A DNA stretch of 64,000 nt, taken from Candidatus Binataceae bacterium (lineage in GTDB: Bacteria; Desulfobacterota; Binatia; Binatales; Binataceae). The stretch lies in NCBI GenBank assembly GCA_036489375.1, contig DASXFX010000116.1, positions 23,364 through 87,363 on the forward strand. The letters run 5' to 3'. The position numbers and the translations under genes are program-made. Positions 55,086 through 63,809 of the stretch are shown here, in pieces. Within the stretch, counting starts at the first letter, position 1, and each line of letters begins with the position of its first letter. Under the pieces are notes generated by a model. It was not told where the DNA came from and made no database searches. It saw nothing but the letters and a program-made list of their open reading frames with translations.

Positions 55086-55865
55086 ATGTATCAATCATTC
55101 GAATATTCACTCACCGACGGCATCGCTTTGGTGCGGCTCAATCGCCCCAACAAGCTCAACGCGATCGACAACGTTATGGTCCGCGAGTTCGGTGAGCTCG
55201 CCGCCAACGTCAAGGCGGACAAGAACGTGCGGGTCGTCGTATTCACCGGCAACGGTCGCGCCTTCTGCGCCGGCGCCGATATCGCGAGCCTCAACAGTAT
55301 CGAGAACGGCGGCGACTTCATGGTCCACATCGAGACCATCCAGAAGACCTTCAACGCGCTCGACGATCTCGATCGACCGACGATCGCGGCGATCAACGGT
55401 ATCGCCTTCGGTGGCGGCTGCGAGCTCTCATTGGTCTGCGACTTTCGTATCATGGCCGAGGAGGCATTGATCGGTGTTCCGGAAATCTTGATTGGCGTCT
55501 TGCCCGGGGCCGGCGGTACTCAGCGGCTGTCGAAAATGTTGCCGCCCGCAATCGCGAAACAAATGATTTACCTGGGCGAACCGCTCAAAGCGGCGCAAGC
55601 GCTGCACTTCGGTCTTGTGAACCAGGTCGTGCCCGCTGCACAGGTGCTCGATACCGCGATGGATCTCGCACGTCGCTTGTTGAAGATGCCGCCACTGGGC
55701 GTCCGCTGCGCAAAGCTCCTCGTGCACACCGGGATGAACGCGGACCTCAAGACCGGTATCGAGGCCGAGCGTCAGGCGATGGCGTTTTTGTTTGGCACCG
55801 AGGACCGCGTCGAGGGCATGGGCGCATTTCTTGCCAAACGACAAGCGGCCTTTAAGGGGCGCTGA
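55086..55865 (+). CDS. Enoyl-CoA hydratase
   Basis: 'LVRLNRPNKLNAI', 'VVFTGNGRAFCAGADI', 'AAINGIAFGGGCELSLVCDFRI'. Start at MYQSFEY. Confidence 0.85.
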   Translation: MYQSFEYSLTDGIALVRLNRPNKLNAIDNVMVREFGELAANVKADKNVRVVVFTGNGRAFCAGADIASLNSIENGGDFMVHIETIQKTFNALDDLDRPTIAAINGIAFGGGCELSLVCDFRIMAEEALIGVPEILIGVLPGAGGTQRLSKMLPPAIAKQMIYLGEPLKAAQALHFGLVNQVVPAAQVLDTAMDLARRLLKMPPLGVRCAKLLVHTGMNADLKTGIEAERQAMAFLFGTEDRVEGMGAFLAKRQAAFKGR

Positions 55866-55940
55866 ACCTGACCTACACCGAGCGGAAATTGAAGGAATAG
55901 CTCGTGGACCGCGATGATGTTCGACCCTGCGTAGCCGGAT

Positions 55941-56666
55941 CTAATCGGAGTCACTGCGGGAGGCTGACGCGTGATTGTGATTGGAACGCGATTTTGCGGC
56001 TGCGGTCGGCCGAAATCCCAGTAGCGCGGAGATCCTCTCCCGGACGAAATCATGCCACGCCGAATCGCCGATCAATTGCGGTTCGAGCGTCTCCATATGG
56101 CAGAGGCCCATGATCATTACGAGGAACAGGCGGGCGGCAAAATCAGCGTTGAGGGACGCGTCGAATAGCCCGCTCTTCTGAGCGGCGGCGATGCTCCGGG
56201 AGGTTGCTTGCGCGGCTTCCTCATTGACCTTAGCCAGCAGTTTCATCACGTTCTGCTCACGGCTGCCGGCCGAGTGAATCTCCAATCCAAGCTGACGAAT
56301 CAACTTGTGCCCGGGACTGGTGTAGCTGGCTGCAAATCCCGGTAGTTCGCTAGCGTCGATTTTCGCCGGTTCGAGTACTCGCACACTTGTCGGTAAAGTC
56401 TCTAACGCGTAGCGGACCACCGCGATCAGAAGTTCCGCCTTGCTCTCGAAGTGTCGATAAATCGCCCCGGGCGTGATGCCGCTGCGTTTCGCGATCGCCG
56501 GCATCGACGTGTTCTCGAAGCCAAGCGTGGCAAATAAATGCGTGGCTGACCTGACGATGCGATCGCTGGTCGAGGTCTGCGGGAAAACTGCACCCGGACC
56601 TTTCTCTTCCCCGGAAAGGTCACGCCCGGGCTTCGCTCCCTTGGCCTTTGGCAACGCTTTTTTCAC
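55941..56666 (-). CDS. TetR/AcrR-family transcriptional regulator
   Basis: 'IVRSATHLFATLGFENTSMPAIAKRSGITPGAIYRHFESKAELL'. Confidence 0.8.
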   Translation of the reverse strand: MKKALPKAKGAKPGRDLSGEEKGPGAVFPQTSTSDRIVRSATHLFATLGFENTSMPAIAKRSGITPGAIYRHFESKAELLIAVVRYALETLPTSVRVLEPAKIDASELPGFAASYTSPGHKLIRQLGLEIHSAGSREQNVMKLLAKVNEEAAQATSRSIAAAQKSGLFDASLNADFAARLFLVMIMGLCHMETLEPQLIGDSAWHDFVRERISALLGFRPTAAAKSRSNHNHASASRSDSD

Positions 56667-56801
56667 TGCTTGTCAGCCTTTCCGAAACCCCTCCTTGATT
56701 CAAGTCGTTAGGCCCGCACTAGCCTGCGCTGGCATAAGTTGGCTTTGAATTGGCACGCCGTTGGTTCTTTTATCGTCGGCCGAATTATTTTGCGATTCCG
56801 T

Positions 56802-56830
56802 TTGACAAGTAAATGATCATTTACTAGCTT
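56802..56830 (+). promoter_or_regulatory. TTGACA box overlapping a perfect 18-bp palindrome (candidate TetR operator/promoter)
   Basis: TTGACA (56802-56807) is directly followed by AGTAAATGA|TCATTTACT (56808-56825). TAGCTT sits at the -10 distance. The site lies between the divergent TetR and amidohydrolase genes. Confidence 0.45.
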
Positions 56831-57151
56831 ACGGGTCGGGAAGTTTTGGGGAAACGCGAGCCGGCAGTTATTGCGCAGGGGACGCCAATGACTGAGGCCA
56901 AACAAAGTTTTCGCGCTTAGGATCGATGGGTTGCTGGGTCAGCCGGTGGACTCAATCCGGCGGCCGCCGTGACGCGCTTGCGTTAGTGTTCGTTTCCGGA
57001 GCATAGGTATAAGTAATGCTGTTGGGGTGTATTAGCATTTCAGGCTTGGGAGCTTAGCGCTGGGGTTCAACAAATTCACGTACCGGGATAACCGGGGAAC
57101 TGGGCGACACGCTGGCTTTTGACTACCGCGGTCGCGCCAAAGGAGATCCAA

Positions 57152-58867
57152 ATGGCAGAATTTGACGTTATTATCAGTGGTGGAATGGTGGTCGATGGTA
57201 CGCGGTTGCCGCGCTACCAGGCCGACGTCGGCATCAAGGACGGCAAGATTGCCAAACTTGGCAACCTGAAAAGCCATTCGGCGGACAAGCGGATCGACGC
57301 GACCGGCAAGATCGTGGCTCCGGGCTTCGTCGATCTGCATACGCATTATGATGCGCAGCTTTTCTGGGATCCTTACTGCTCAATTTCGAGCTGGCACGGC
57401 GTGACTTCGCTGGTGATCGGGAATTGCGGCTTCGGCTTCGCGCCGGTCAAGCCCGATTTCCGTGACCGCGCAATGCTCACGATGACGCGGACCGAGGCGA
57501 TTCCCTATGTATCGATGAAGGCGGGTCTGCCGTGGGACTGGGTCACTTATCCGGAGTTCCTCGACAGCATCGATCGCCGCCCGAAGGGCGTCAACCTGTT
57601 GCCTTTCGTGCCGATGGCGCCCGTCATGGTGTGGGTGATGGGACTGGAGGACGCGAAGTCGGGTCGTATGCCCACCGAGGCTGAAACCGCTGAGATGAAG
57701 CGCATTGTCCACGAGGCGATGGATCATGGCGCCTGTGGATGGTCGGCACAGCGCTTCGGCCAGAACAGCGTTCAGGCGGATTACGACGGCACTCCGATGG
57801 TGACCGATCTGATGCACGACGAGACCGCAATCGAACTCGCGAAAGTCCTCGGCGAGCGCAACGAGGGCTTCATCCAGATGTCCTACATCCCGGATGCGAG
57901 CAAGTACGAAGGCGACATGCAGACGCATTCCGAGAAGCATTACGAGGAACTGGCCCTAACCTCGGGCCGGCCGATTCTCTACAATGCAATCGCAGTCAAC
58001 GATATGTATCCGGAGCGCTACAAGCGCCAGCTCGCATGGCTGGAAAGCTGCACCGAGCGCGGCATCCGCGTACTGGGGCAGAGCGCGACGCTCGAACTCA
58101 ATTTCGCGTTCACCTTCAAGGACTGGAACCTGTGGGACGATATGCCAGCGTGGCGTGAGTGCACAGTCGGACCGATCGAAGACCGCCTGATGAAGCTCTC
58201 GGATCCGGAGCGCCGTCCCGAACTGCGCAAAGTCGAGCAGACCGGACTCATCACCAACAAGATCGACGAGATCATCGTGCTCGAATGCAAGCGCGAAGAT
58301 CTGAAGAAGTACGAGAACATGACCGTCGGCGAGATCGCGAAGGCCGAGGGCAAACACGTCGTCGATGCGATGCTCGATATCGCATGCGCGGACGGCCTCA
58401 ACACGGACTTCTACACTCCGCCGGTCAACATGAACGTCAAGAACATGTCGGAGATGATTCACTCGAATTCGCAGCCGATTTTCGGCGTTTCCGACGGCGG
58501 CGCGCATACCAAGTTCTTCACCGGTGGCCGTTATCCGACCGAGGCGTTGATCAAGTTCGTGCGTGAGAACCAGGTGATGTCGCTCGAAGAGGCGCATTTC
58601 CGCCTGAGCGCCCAGCCTGCGATGTGTGCCGGCTTCAAGAATCGCGGCACCCTGGTCGAAGGCGCGGCTGCCGATGTCGTCGTGTACGACTTCGACAACC
58701 TGAAAATTCTGCCGATGGAAATCGTTCACGATTTCCCCGGTGGTGAATGGCGCCGCGTGCAGCGTGCCGAAGGCTACAAGGCCGTGATGGTCAACGGCGA
58801 GGCGATCATCGAGGACGATAAGGAGACCGGCGCAGTCCCGGGCCGCCTCCTGCGCCACGGTGGCTGA
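57152..58867 (+). CDS. N-acyl-D-amino-acid deacylase / D-aminoacylase-type amidohydrolase
   Basis: 'FDVIISGGMVVDG', 'DVGIKDGKIAKLG', 'APGFVDLHTHYD', 'GVSDGGAH'. ATG preceded by AGGAGA. Confidence 0.8.
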   Translation: MAEFDVIISGGMVVDGTRLPRYQADVGIKDGKIAKLGNLKSHSADKRIDATGKIVAPGFVDLHTHYDAQLFWDPYCSISSWHGVTSLVIGNCGFGFAPVKPDFRDRAMLTMTRTEAIPYVSMKAGLPWDWVTYPEFLDSIDRRPKGVNLLPFVPMAPVMVWVMGLEDAKSGRMPTEAETAEMKRIVHEAMDHGACGWSAQRFGQNSVQADYDGTPMVTDLMHDETAIELAKVLGERNEGFIQMSYIPDASKYEGDMQTHSEKHYEELALTSGRPILYNAIAVNDMYPERYKRQLAWLESCTERGIRVLGQSATLELNFAFTFKDWNLWDDMPAWRECTVGPIEDRLMKLSDPERRPELRKVEQTGLITNKIDEIIVLECKREDLKKYENMTVGEIAKAEGKHVVDAMLDIACADGLNTDFYTPPVNMNVKNMSEMIHSNSQPIFGVSDGGAHTKFFTGGRYPTEALIKFVRENQVMSLEEAHFRLSAQPAMCAGFKNRGTLVEGAAADVVVYDFDNLKILPMEIVHDFPGGEWRRVQRAEGYKAVMVNGEAIIEDDKETGAVPGRLLRHGG

Positions 58868-58952
58868 GTTTCATTGCGCAGGCTGCGCAGTCTTGAACCG
58901 CGCAGCCTGCATTACTCAACGGATATGATCCGTCGCTGACGGATCATCGACA

Positions 58953-58989
58953 GGAGCGGGCCGGCAATTTGCCGGCCCGCTCCATTTTT
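58953..58989 (+). terminator. Rho-independent terminator
   Basis: GGAGCGGGCCGGC-aattt-GCCGGCCCGCTCC followed by ATTTTT. Confidence 0.7.
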
Positions 58990-59189
58990 CCGCGCGATGC
59001 CGCAGTCCTCGGATGCTATTCAGCATCCGAGGACCGCGGCCCGAGTAGTAGCGAAGGCCGGCTGACGCCGGCCTTCGCCGTTTAGCTCCTCGCTATGGGG
59101 TTCCCTACCGGCGCTATTCGCTTTTGGGCGGCAATCGCGAGCGGAGGAGTCGGCGGCAAGCCGCCAACTCCTCCGCCCCCCGACTCAGA

Positions 59190-60278
59190 TTACGACGGCT
59201 GTTTCGCCGGCAGCGACTCGAACCACGGCAACACCAGCCGCTCGTTAATCGAGTACGGTATCGCATGGCCCCAGTCCGGTAGTTCCTCGTATTTCACGTT
59301 GTAACCGATCTGTTTCAGCAATTGGTTAGTCTGCCGCGTGAACGCCACCGGAAAGATAAAGTCGTGGACCCCGTGAATGACAAAAATCGGAGTGTCCTTC
59401 CCGCGGCCTTCGCGCAGCATTTGATCGACCACCAGATGGAGCGCGCCCGCGATCGGCGCAAGTCCGCGAAACAGTTCGCTCCGCTCGAGCCCGAGTATGT
59501 AGGTGAAGATGCCGCCATCGGACAGGCCGGTCAGAAACACGCGTTCGCGATCGATCGAGTATTCACGCGTCACTTCGTCGAACATCCGCCCGACCGATTG
59601 CGTATCGCGGCTCGGCACCGTCATGTCCCAGGTATTTCCGAGCGACTTCGGCGCCAGGATCGCATAGCCGCGGCTCCGCGCCGGCCGCAGCCACGTCCAC
59701 ACGTATTCGGAGCCTTGCCCGTAGCCGCCATGGAGCGCGACGATCAACGTCAGTGGTTTGTCGGGCGAATAATCCTCCGGGATGTAGAGCGTATAATCCG
59801 AACGCTCGTCGTTGCGCTTGTGCTGGATGAATCCGGTCGGCGCGCCGCCGGGCACGGCCGTTGCCGGCGCGGTCGCACCGGGCATCACGAAATGTTCGGC
59901 GATTATCGGAAGCCGGTCGCGCAGCTCGTAGAGCTGGTAAAGTCCGCGGCAAAAATCACGGCGGCTGTACAGAAAGGCGAGCGTCCAATCCCGGCTCGGC
60001 TTGGTCATGAAGACGTTGCACGCTTTGCCCAATTCGGTAATCGCCGCGCACAGCGGCCCATGCAGATCAGCCATCGACTCCGGCGGCGTCAATGGCGCGA
60101 ACGTCGCGTCGAAGCGCCGGAACGTATCGCCAACGGCCGCGACCAGTTGCGCCTGCATCTCCGCGACCGCCCCGAGCCGCAAATCTTCCTGGATCGTCTC
60201 GAAGGTGCGCAGGAAATTCACTATCTCATGCTGAAGCGTCGTCAGCGTGGCCGTGTAGCCGTCGTCGTCTCGTGCCAT
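59190..60278 (-). CDS. Alpha/beta-hydrolase esterase (phospholipase/carboxylesterase or PHB-depolymerase-type) with an unknown N-terminal domain
   Basis: 'LIVALHGGYGQGSEY', nucleophile elbow 'LTGLSDGG', 'IFVIHGVHDFIFP', 'DWGHAIP'. Start at MARDDDG, preceded by GAGGAA. The track start is 60386. Confidence 0.7.
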   Translation of the reverse strand: MARDDDGYTATLTTLQHEIVNFLRTFETIQEDLRLGAVAEMQAQLVAAVGDTFRRFDATFAPLTPPESMADLHGPLCAAITELGKACNVFMTKPSRDWTLAFLYSRRDFCRGLYQLYELRDRLPIIAEHFVMPGATAPATAVPGGAPTGFIQHKRNDERSDYTLYIPEDYSPDKPLTLIVALHGGYGQGSEYVWTWLRPARSRGYAILAPKSLGNTWDMTVPSRDTQSVGRMFDEVTREYSIDRERVFLTGLSDGGIFTYILGLERSELFRGLAPIAGALHLVVDQMLREGRGKDTPIFVIHGVHDFIFPVAFTRQTNQLLKQIGYNVKYEELPDWGHAIPYSINERLVLPWFESLPAKQPS

Positions 60279-60496
60279 TGCCGGTTCCTCGTGCCGCGAC
60301 AATAGCCGATTTGCCGCGCGATGCCATAGGAAAGCACGCTCGCGGAAATGCGGCGTCAGAGAGCTTACTTCTTCGCGTTGCCTCACGCCGGATCGACCGC
60401 CTATTGAGCGCGAACGCGCGCCGCGCCAAAGTGTTTAATACCAGTGGTACTCAGGCGTTGCGAAAACGCGAACTTGAACTACTCCATTCGAATCCC

Positions 60497-60543
60497 TTGA
60501 CAGCATCGCGCGAGTTTCATATAAAACAAGCAATCGTTTGCTT
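60497..60543 (+). promoter_or_regulatory. Near-consensus sigma-70-type promoter plus a downstream inverted repeat
   Basis: TTGACA (60497-60502), a 17-nt spacer, then TATAAA (60520-60525), followed by AAGCAA-tcgt-TTGCTT (60528-60543). It lies about 65 nt upstream of the di-iron protein start. Confidence 0.5.
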
Positions 60544-60607
60544 TAGACCGAAGCCCAACCCTTGAACGCGAGCGGTGGCAGCGGTACTAACATCTCAGGA
60601 GATTAAA

Positions 60608-61618
60608 ATGGCCGAGACCGAACATCTGGTTCAAAGCGAATTCGAGACCCTCTACCAGCGCGAATATGCCGTCCTCGCGCCCGACATGCGCCGGCTCTAT
60701 GAGAACGCCAAGCGCGACCAGTGGAACGTCTCGAAGGACATCGATTGGGCGCAACCGGTCGATCTCGAGAAAGGCATCTTCGCCGATGGCATGATCGACG
60801 GCTTCGGCAGCCCGCTCTACGAGAAGCTCGACGACAAAACCAAGCGCGAGCTCAACATCGAGTTTTCCTGCTGGCGCCTCTCGCAACTCCTCCACGGCGA
60901 GGAGGGTGCGATGCTTGCCTGCAGCCAGTTGGTTGACATGGTCCCCAGCAACGACGCGAAGTTCTTCCAGAGCACGCAGGTCGTTGACGAAGCGCGCCAC
61001 ACCGAAGTCCTGAGCCGCTACCTCATGGAAAAGTGCGACGGCCGCATCTATCCGATGAGTGCGAACATCAAGCAACTTTTCGACTACCTGCTCGGACAGG
61101 GTAAATGGTTCATCAAGACTGCCGGCCTGCAGTTGGTCGCCGAGACCTTCGCGGTCGGGCTCTTCCGGATGCTCGCAGAAACTTCGCAGGATCCGCTGCT
61201 CAAGACCATCAGCAAGAAAATCCTGCTCGACGAATCGCGCCACATGGGCTTCTCGGTAATCGGCTTGCCCGACATGATCGCGAGCCTCAGCCCGGCCGAC
61301 TTTGCCGAACTCGAAGATTTCACTGCCGAGGCCTGCCGCCTGGTGTTGCGCGGACAATTCCCGCGCCCCGCGTTCGAGAAGGTTGGCTTCAACCAGACTG
61401 AGATCGACGAGATCCAGCGCTATCGCGTCGAGAATGCGAAGAGCAACGACTACGTCTATTTTCGCCAAATCTTCCGTCGCGAAATGTACACGCAGGTCGT
61501 TTCCAACATGAAGAAGGTCGGACTGATGAGTGACCGCACGAAGGCCAACTTGCTCAAGCTCGGCATCGATCCGAATATCGACGGGCGCAACGCGACTCTG
61601 GAGCAACCCGCGGCCTGA
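60608..61618 (+). CDS. Ferritin-like di-iron carboxylate protein (AurF-like di-iron oxygenase family)
   Basis: Two ExxH motifs, 'VVDEARHTEV' and 'LLDESRHMGF', with partner Glu residues in 'HGEEGAMLA' and 'LVAETFAV'. ATG preceded by GGAGA. Confidence 0.7.
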   Translation: MAETEHLVQSEFETLYQREYAVLAPDMRRLYENAKRDQWNVSKDIDWAQPVDLEKGIFADGMIDGFGSPLYEKLDDKTKRELNIEFSCWRLSQLLHGEEGAMLACSQLVDMVPSNDAKFFQSTQVVDEARHTEVLSRYLMEKCDGRIYPMSANIKQLFDYLLGQGKWFIKTAGLQLVAETFAVGLFRMLAETSQDPLLKTISKKILLDESRHMGFSVIGLPDMIASLSPADFAELEDFTAEACRLVLRGQFPRPAFEKVGFNQTEIDEIQRYRVENAKSNDYVYFRQIFRREMYTQVVSNMKKVGLMSDRTKANLLKLGIDPNIDGRNATLEQPAA

Positions 61619-61676
61619 CGCATTCACGTTGCTGGTCGGTGCCCGTTTGATCCGAGGAGTCTCGATTCGTTAGCAG

Positions 61677-62273
61677 ATGCCCGCTTCGTCAGCTCAAGCT
61701 ATCAGCCGCACTCCGCGGCAGGATAACCGCCGCGTCCAATTGATGGACGCGGCGGCGCGTCTTTTCCGCGAGCGTGGGTTCCATGCGACCTCGATGCGCG
61801 ATATCGCCAAGGCGGTCGGCATGCTCTCGGGCTCGATTTACTATCACTTCCAGTCCAAGGAAGAGATGCTGGTCGCCGTCTATGATGAGGGCAAGCGGCG
61901 CGTCGCCGAGGCCGTGGACGCTGCCGTTGCCGCTGAGACCGACCCCTGGCGCCGGCTCGAAGCGGCTTGTGCCGCACACTTGGGCGCGCTCATCCGCAAT
62001 CGCGATTTTACTCAGGTGATGATCCAGACCTTGCCGCATGAGGCGGGCGCCGCCGAAGGCCGCATTCGTGAACTGCGCCGCGACTATGAGCAGCGCTTTC
62101 GCCGCCTCATCGAGGATCTCAACCTGCCGCCCGAGATCGACCGGCGCTATCTCCGATTGCTGCTGTTCGGCGCGCTGAACTGGTCCCACGTTTGGTATCG
62201 CACCAGCGGCGATTCCCCCGAGATCGTCGCGCGGCGCTTCCTCGATACCCTGCGCAAACAACTCGAAATCTAG
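61677..62273 (+). CDS. TetR/AcrR-family transcriptional regulator
   Basis: 'LMDAAARLFRERGFHATSMRDIAKAVGMLSGSIYYHFQSKEEML'. Confidence 0.8.
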   Translation: MPASSAQAISRTPRQDNRRVQLMDAAARLFRERGFHATSMRDIAKAVGMLSGSIYYHFQSKEEMLVAVYDEGKRRVAEAVDAAVAAETDPWRRLEAACAAHLGALIRNRDFTQVMIQTLPHEAGAAEGRIRELRRDYEQRFRRLIEDLNLPPEIDRRYLRLLLFGALNWSHVWYRTSGDSPEIVARRFLDTLRKQLEI

Positions 62274-62321
62274 TCCAGCGCGGCGGCTGCAGCACCGCAC
62301 GCCTGATCCGCGTCGCGGCGT

Positions 62322-62729
62322 TTATGCCTTGGGCTTTTCCATCTCGATCGGGCCGCCGGCTTCCTTCCACGCGCGAAAGCCTCCCTCAATGTGGCACACC
62401 GGTTCGAGCCCCATGTTCTGTACCGTCTGTGCCGCCAGGGCCGATCGCAGGCCGCCCGCGCAAAAGAACACGAACTTTTTCCCGCTGCCGAAGATTTCCT
62501 TGTAATACGGGCTCTCCGGATCGACCCAGAATTCCAGCATCCCGCGCGGCGCGTGGAGTGCCCCCGGGATGCGGCCGTCGCGCTGCAGCTCGCGGATATC
62601 GCGCAGGTCAACCAGCAACACGTTCGAATCGTCTTTGAGCTTGAGCGCCTCCGGTACCTTGACCGTTTCGATCTCCGCGTAGGCCTCCGCGACCAGTTCT
62701 TTGATGCCCTTCTTTAGTTTCAGCGCCAT
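62322..62729 (-). CDS. Rhodanese-domain sulfurtransferase
   Basis: Active-site loop 'VFFCAGGLRSALAA' (CxGGxRS). 135 aa, single domain. Confidence 0.85.
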   Translation of the reverse strand: MALKLKKGIKELVAEAYAEIETVKVPEALKLKDDSNVLLVDLRDIRELQRDGRIPGALHAPRGMLEFWVDPESPYYKEIFGSGKKFVFFCAGGLRSALAAQTVQNMGLEPVCHIEGGFRAWKEAGGPIEMEKPKA

Positions 62730-62797
62730 GGCCGTTTATCCTCTGCCCGTTGTGAAAGCGTTAGACGATCACTGTCGTCCGCGACCTCGTGCCTCTT

Positions 62798-63604
62798 TTA
62801 GCGTCCCGTGTAAGTGGGTTTCCGCTTCTCCATAAATGCTCGCGGGCCTTCGCGCGCGTCCTCCGATGAAAAAACCTCGCGCGCAATTTCGTTCTCGATT
62901 TTGAAGCCCTCATCCAGCGGCCGTCCGGAACAGCGCAGCACTGCTTCCTTAATCTTGCGCACCGCGAGCGGCCCGTTTGCCACGATCGTGGTCGCGAGTT
63001 CCTCCGCCTTGGCCATCACCTGCGCCGCCGGCACCACATAGTTGATCAAGCCCAGGCGCCACGCCTTCTCCGCGTCGATCCGATTCCCCGTCAGCAGGAT
63101 TTCCATCGCCTCGCAAAACGGCATCTGCCGCGGCAGTCGCGGCAACGATCCGCCCGCCGGTATCAACGCCCACTTTACTTCCTGCAAACCGAAGCTCGAA
63201 TGTTCCGCCGCGACGCGCATGTCGGTCGCCAGCATCAGTTCCATTCCGCCCGCGATGCAAAACCCGTTTACCGCGGCGATTACTGGCTTGTACACATCGT
63301 AGCCGCGCAGCAATGCCGCACCCGCGTAATGCTTTTTGGCGAGGATCTTCTCGTCCCATTCGTCTTCTGCCGGGCGCGCACCGGTCGTCAACGGGATCAG
63401 CCGCCCCAGATCCGCACCTGCGCAAAATGCCTTCTCGCCGGCCCCTGTGACGATCGCAATCCGAATGTCGTCGTCGGCGTTCACGCGCTCCCACGCCTCC
63501 GCCAGTTGGACCATCAATTCCGGATTGATCGAGTTATGAACTTGCGGACGATTCAGCGTCATGTACGCGATATGCTTGCGAACTTCAAAGAGCAGCGCGG
63601 GCAT
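62798..63604 (-). CDS. Enoyl-CoA hydratase / carnitinyl-CoA dehydratase-like crotonase
   Basis: 'YMTLNRPQVHNSI', 'IVTGAGEKAFCAGADL', 'AAVNGFCIAGGMELMLATDMRV'. Confidence 0.85.
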   Translation of the reverse strand: MPALLFEVRKHIAYMTLNRPQVHNSINPELMVQLAEAWERVNADDDIRIAIVTGAGEKAFCAGADLGRLIPLTTGARPAEDEWDEKILAKKHYAGAALLRGYDVYKPVIAAVNGFCIAGGMELMLATDMRVAAEHSSFGLQEVKWALIPAGGSLPRLPRQMPFCEAMEILLTGNRIDAEKAWRLGLINYVVPAAQVMAKAEELATTIVANGPLAVRKIKEAVLRCSGRPLDEGFKIENEIAREVFSSEDAREGPRAFMEKRKPTYTGR

Positions 63605-63809
63605 CGTGGGAACTCCAGCGGTCGGATGATGATTCCCTGACAGCTAGCGAAGTCCCCGCGCCCTTGCAACGCCATCCGCTCAGCCATCAACGCCAAAAGG
63701 CTTCGCCGCGCCGATTCTCAATAATCGACTTTGTGCGCTATAGTCCGCGCCAGTGCTTGCTGATGAAGCGATCCTCGTTCGCATGCGAACCCTTTAAGGA
63801 GCTACCAAG

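Noticed and set aside
57380-58858. Two long minus-strand ORFs (186 and 300 aa) inside the D-aminoacylase-type gene
   Set aside because: They are antisense shadows. There are no recognisable domains, and the plus-strand frame carries strong amidohydrolase motifs throughout.
59322-60305. 327-aa plus-strand ORF opposite the esterase gene
   Set aside because: It is an antisense shadow, Arg-rich, with no motifs. The minus-strand frame has the GxSxG and HGG hydrolase blocks.
60587-61627. 346-aa minus-strand ORF almost exactly mirroring the di-iron protein gene
   Set aside because: The product is Leu/Ala/Arg/Asp/Glu-rich with no motifs, typical of an antisense shadow ORF in GC-rich DNA. The plus-strand product has clear ExxH di-iron motifs and an RBS.
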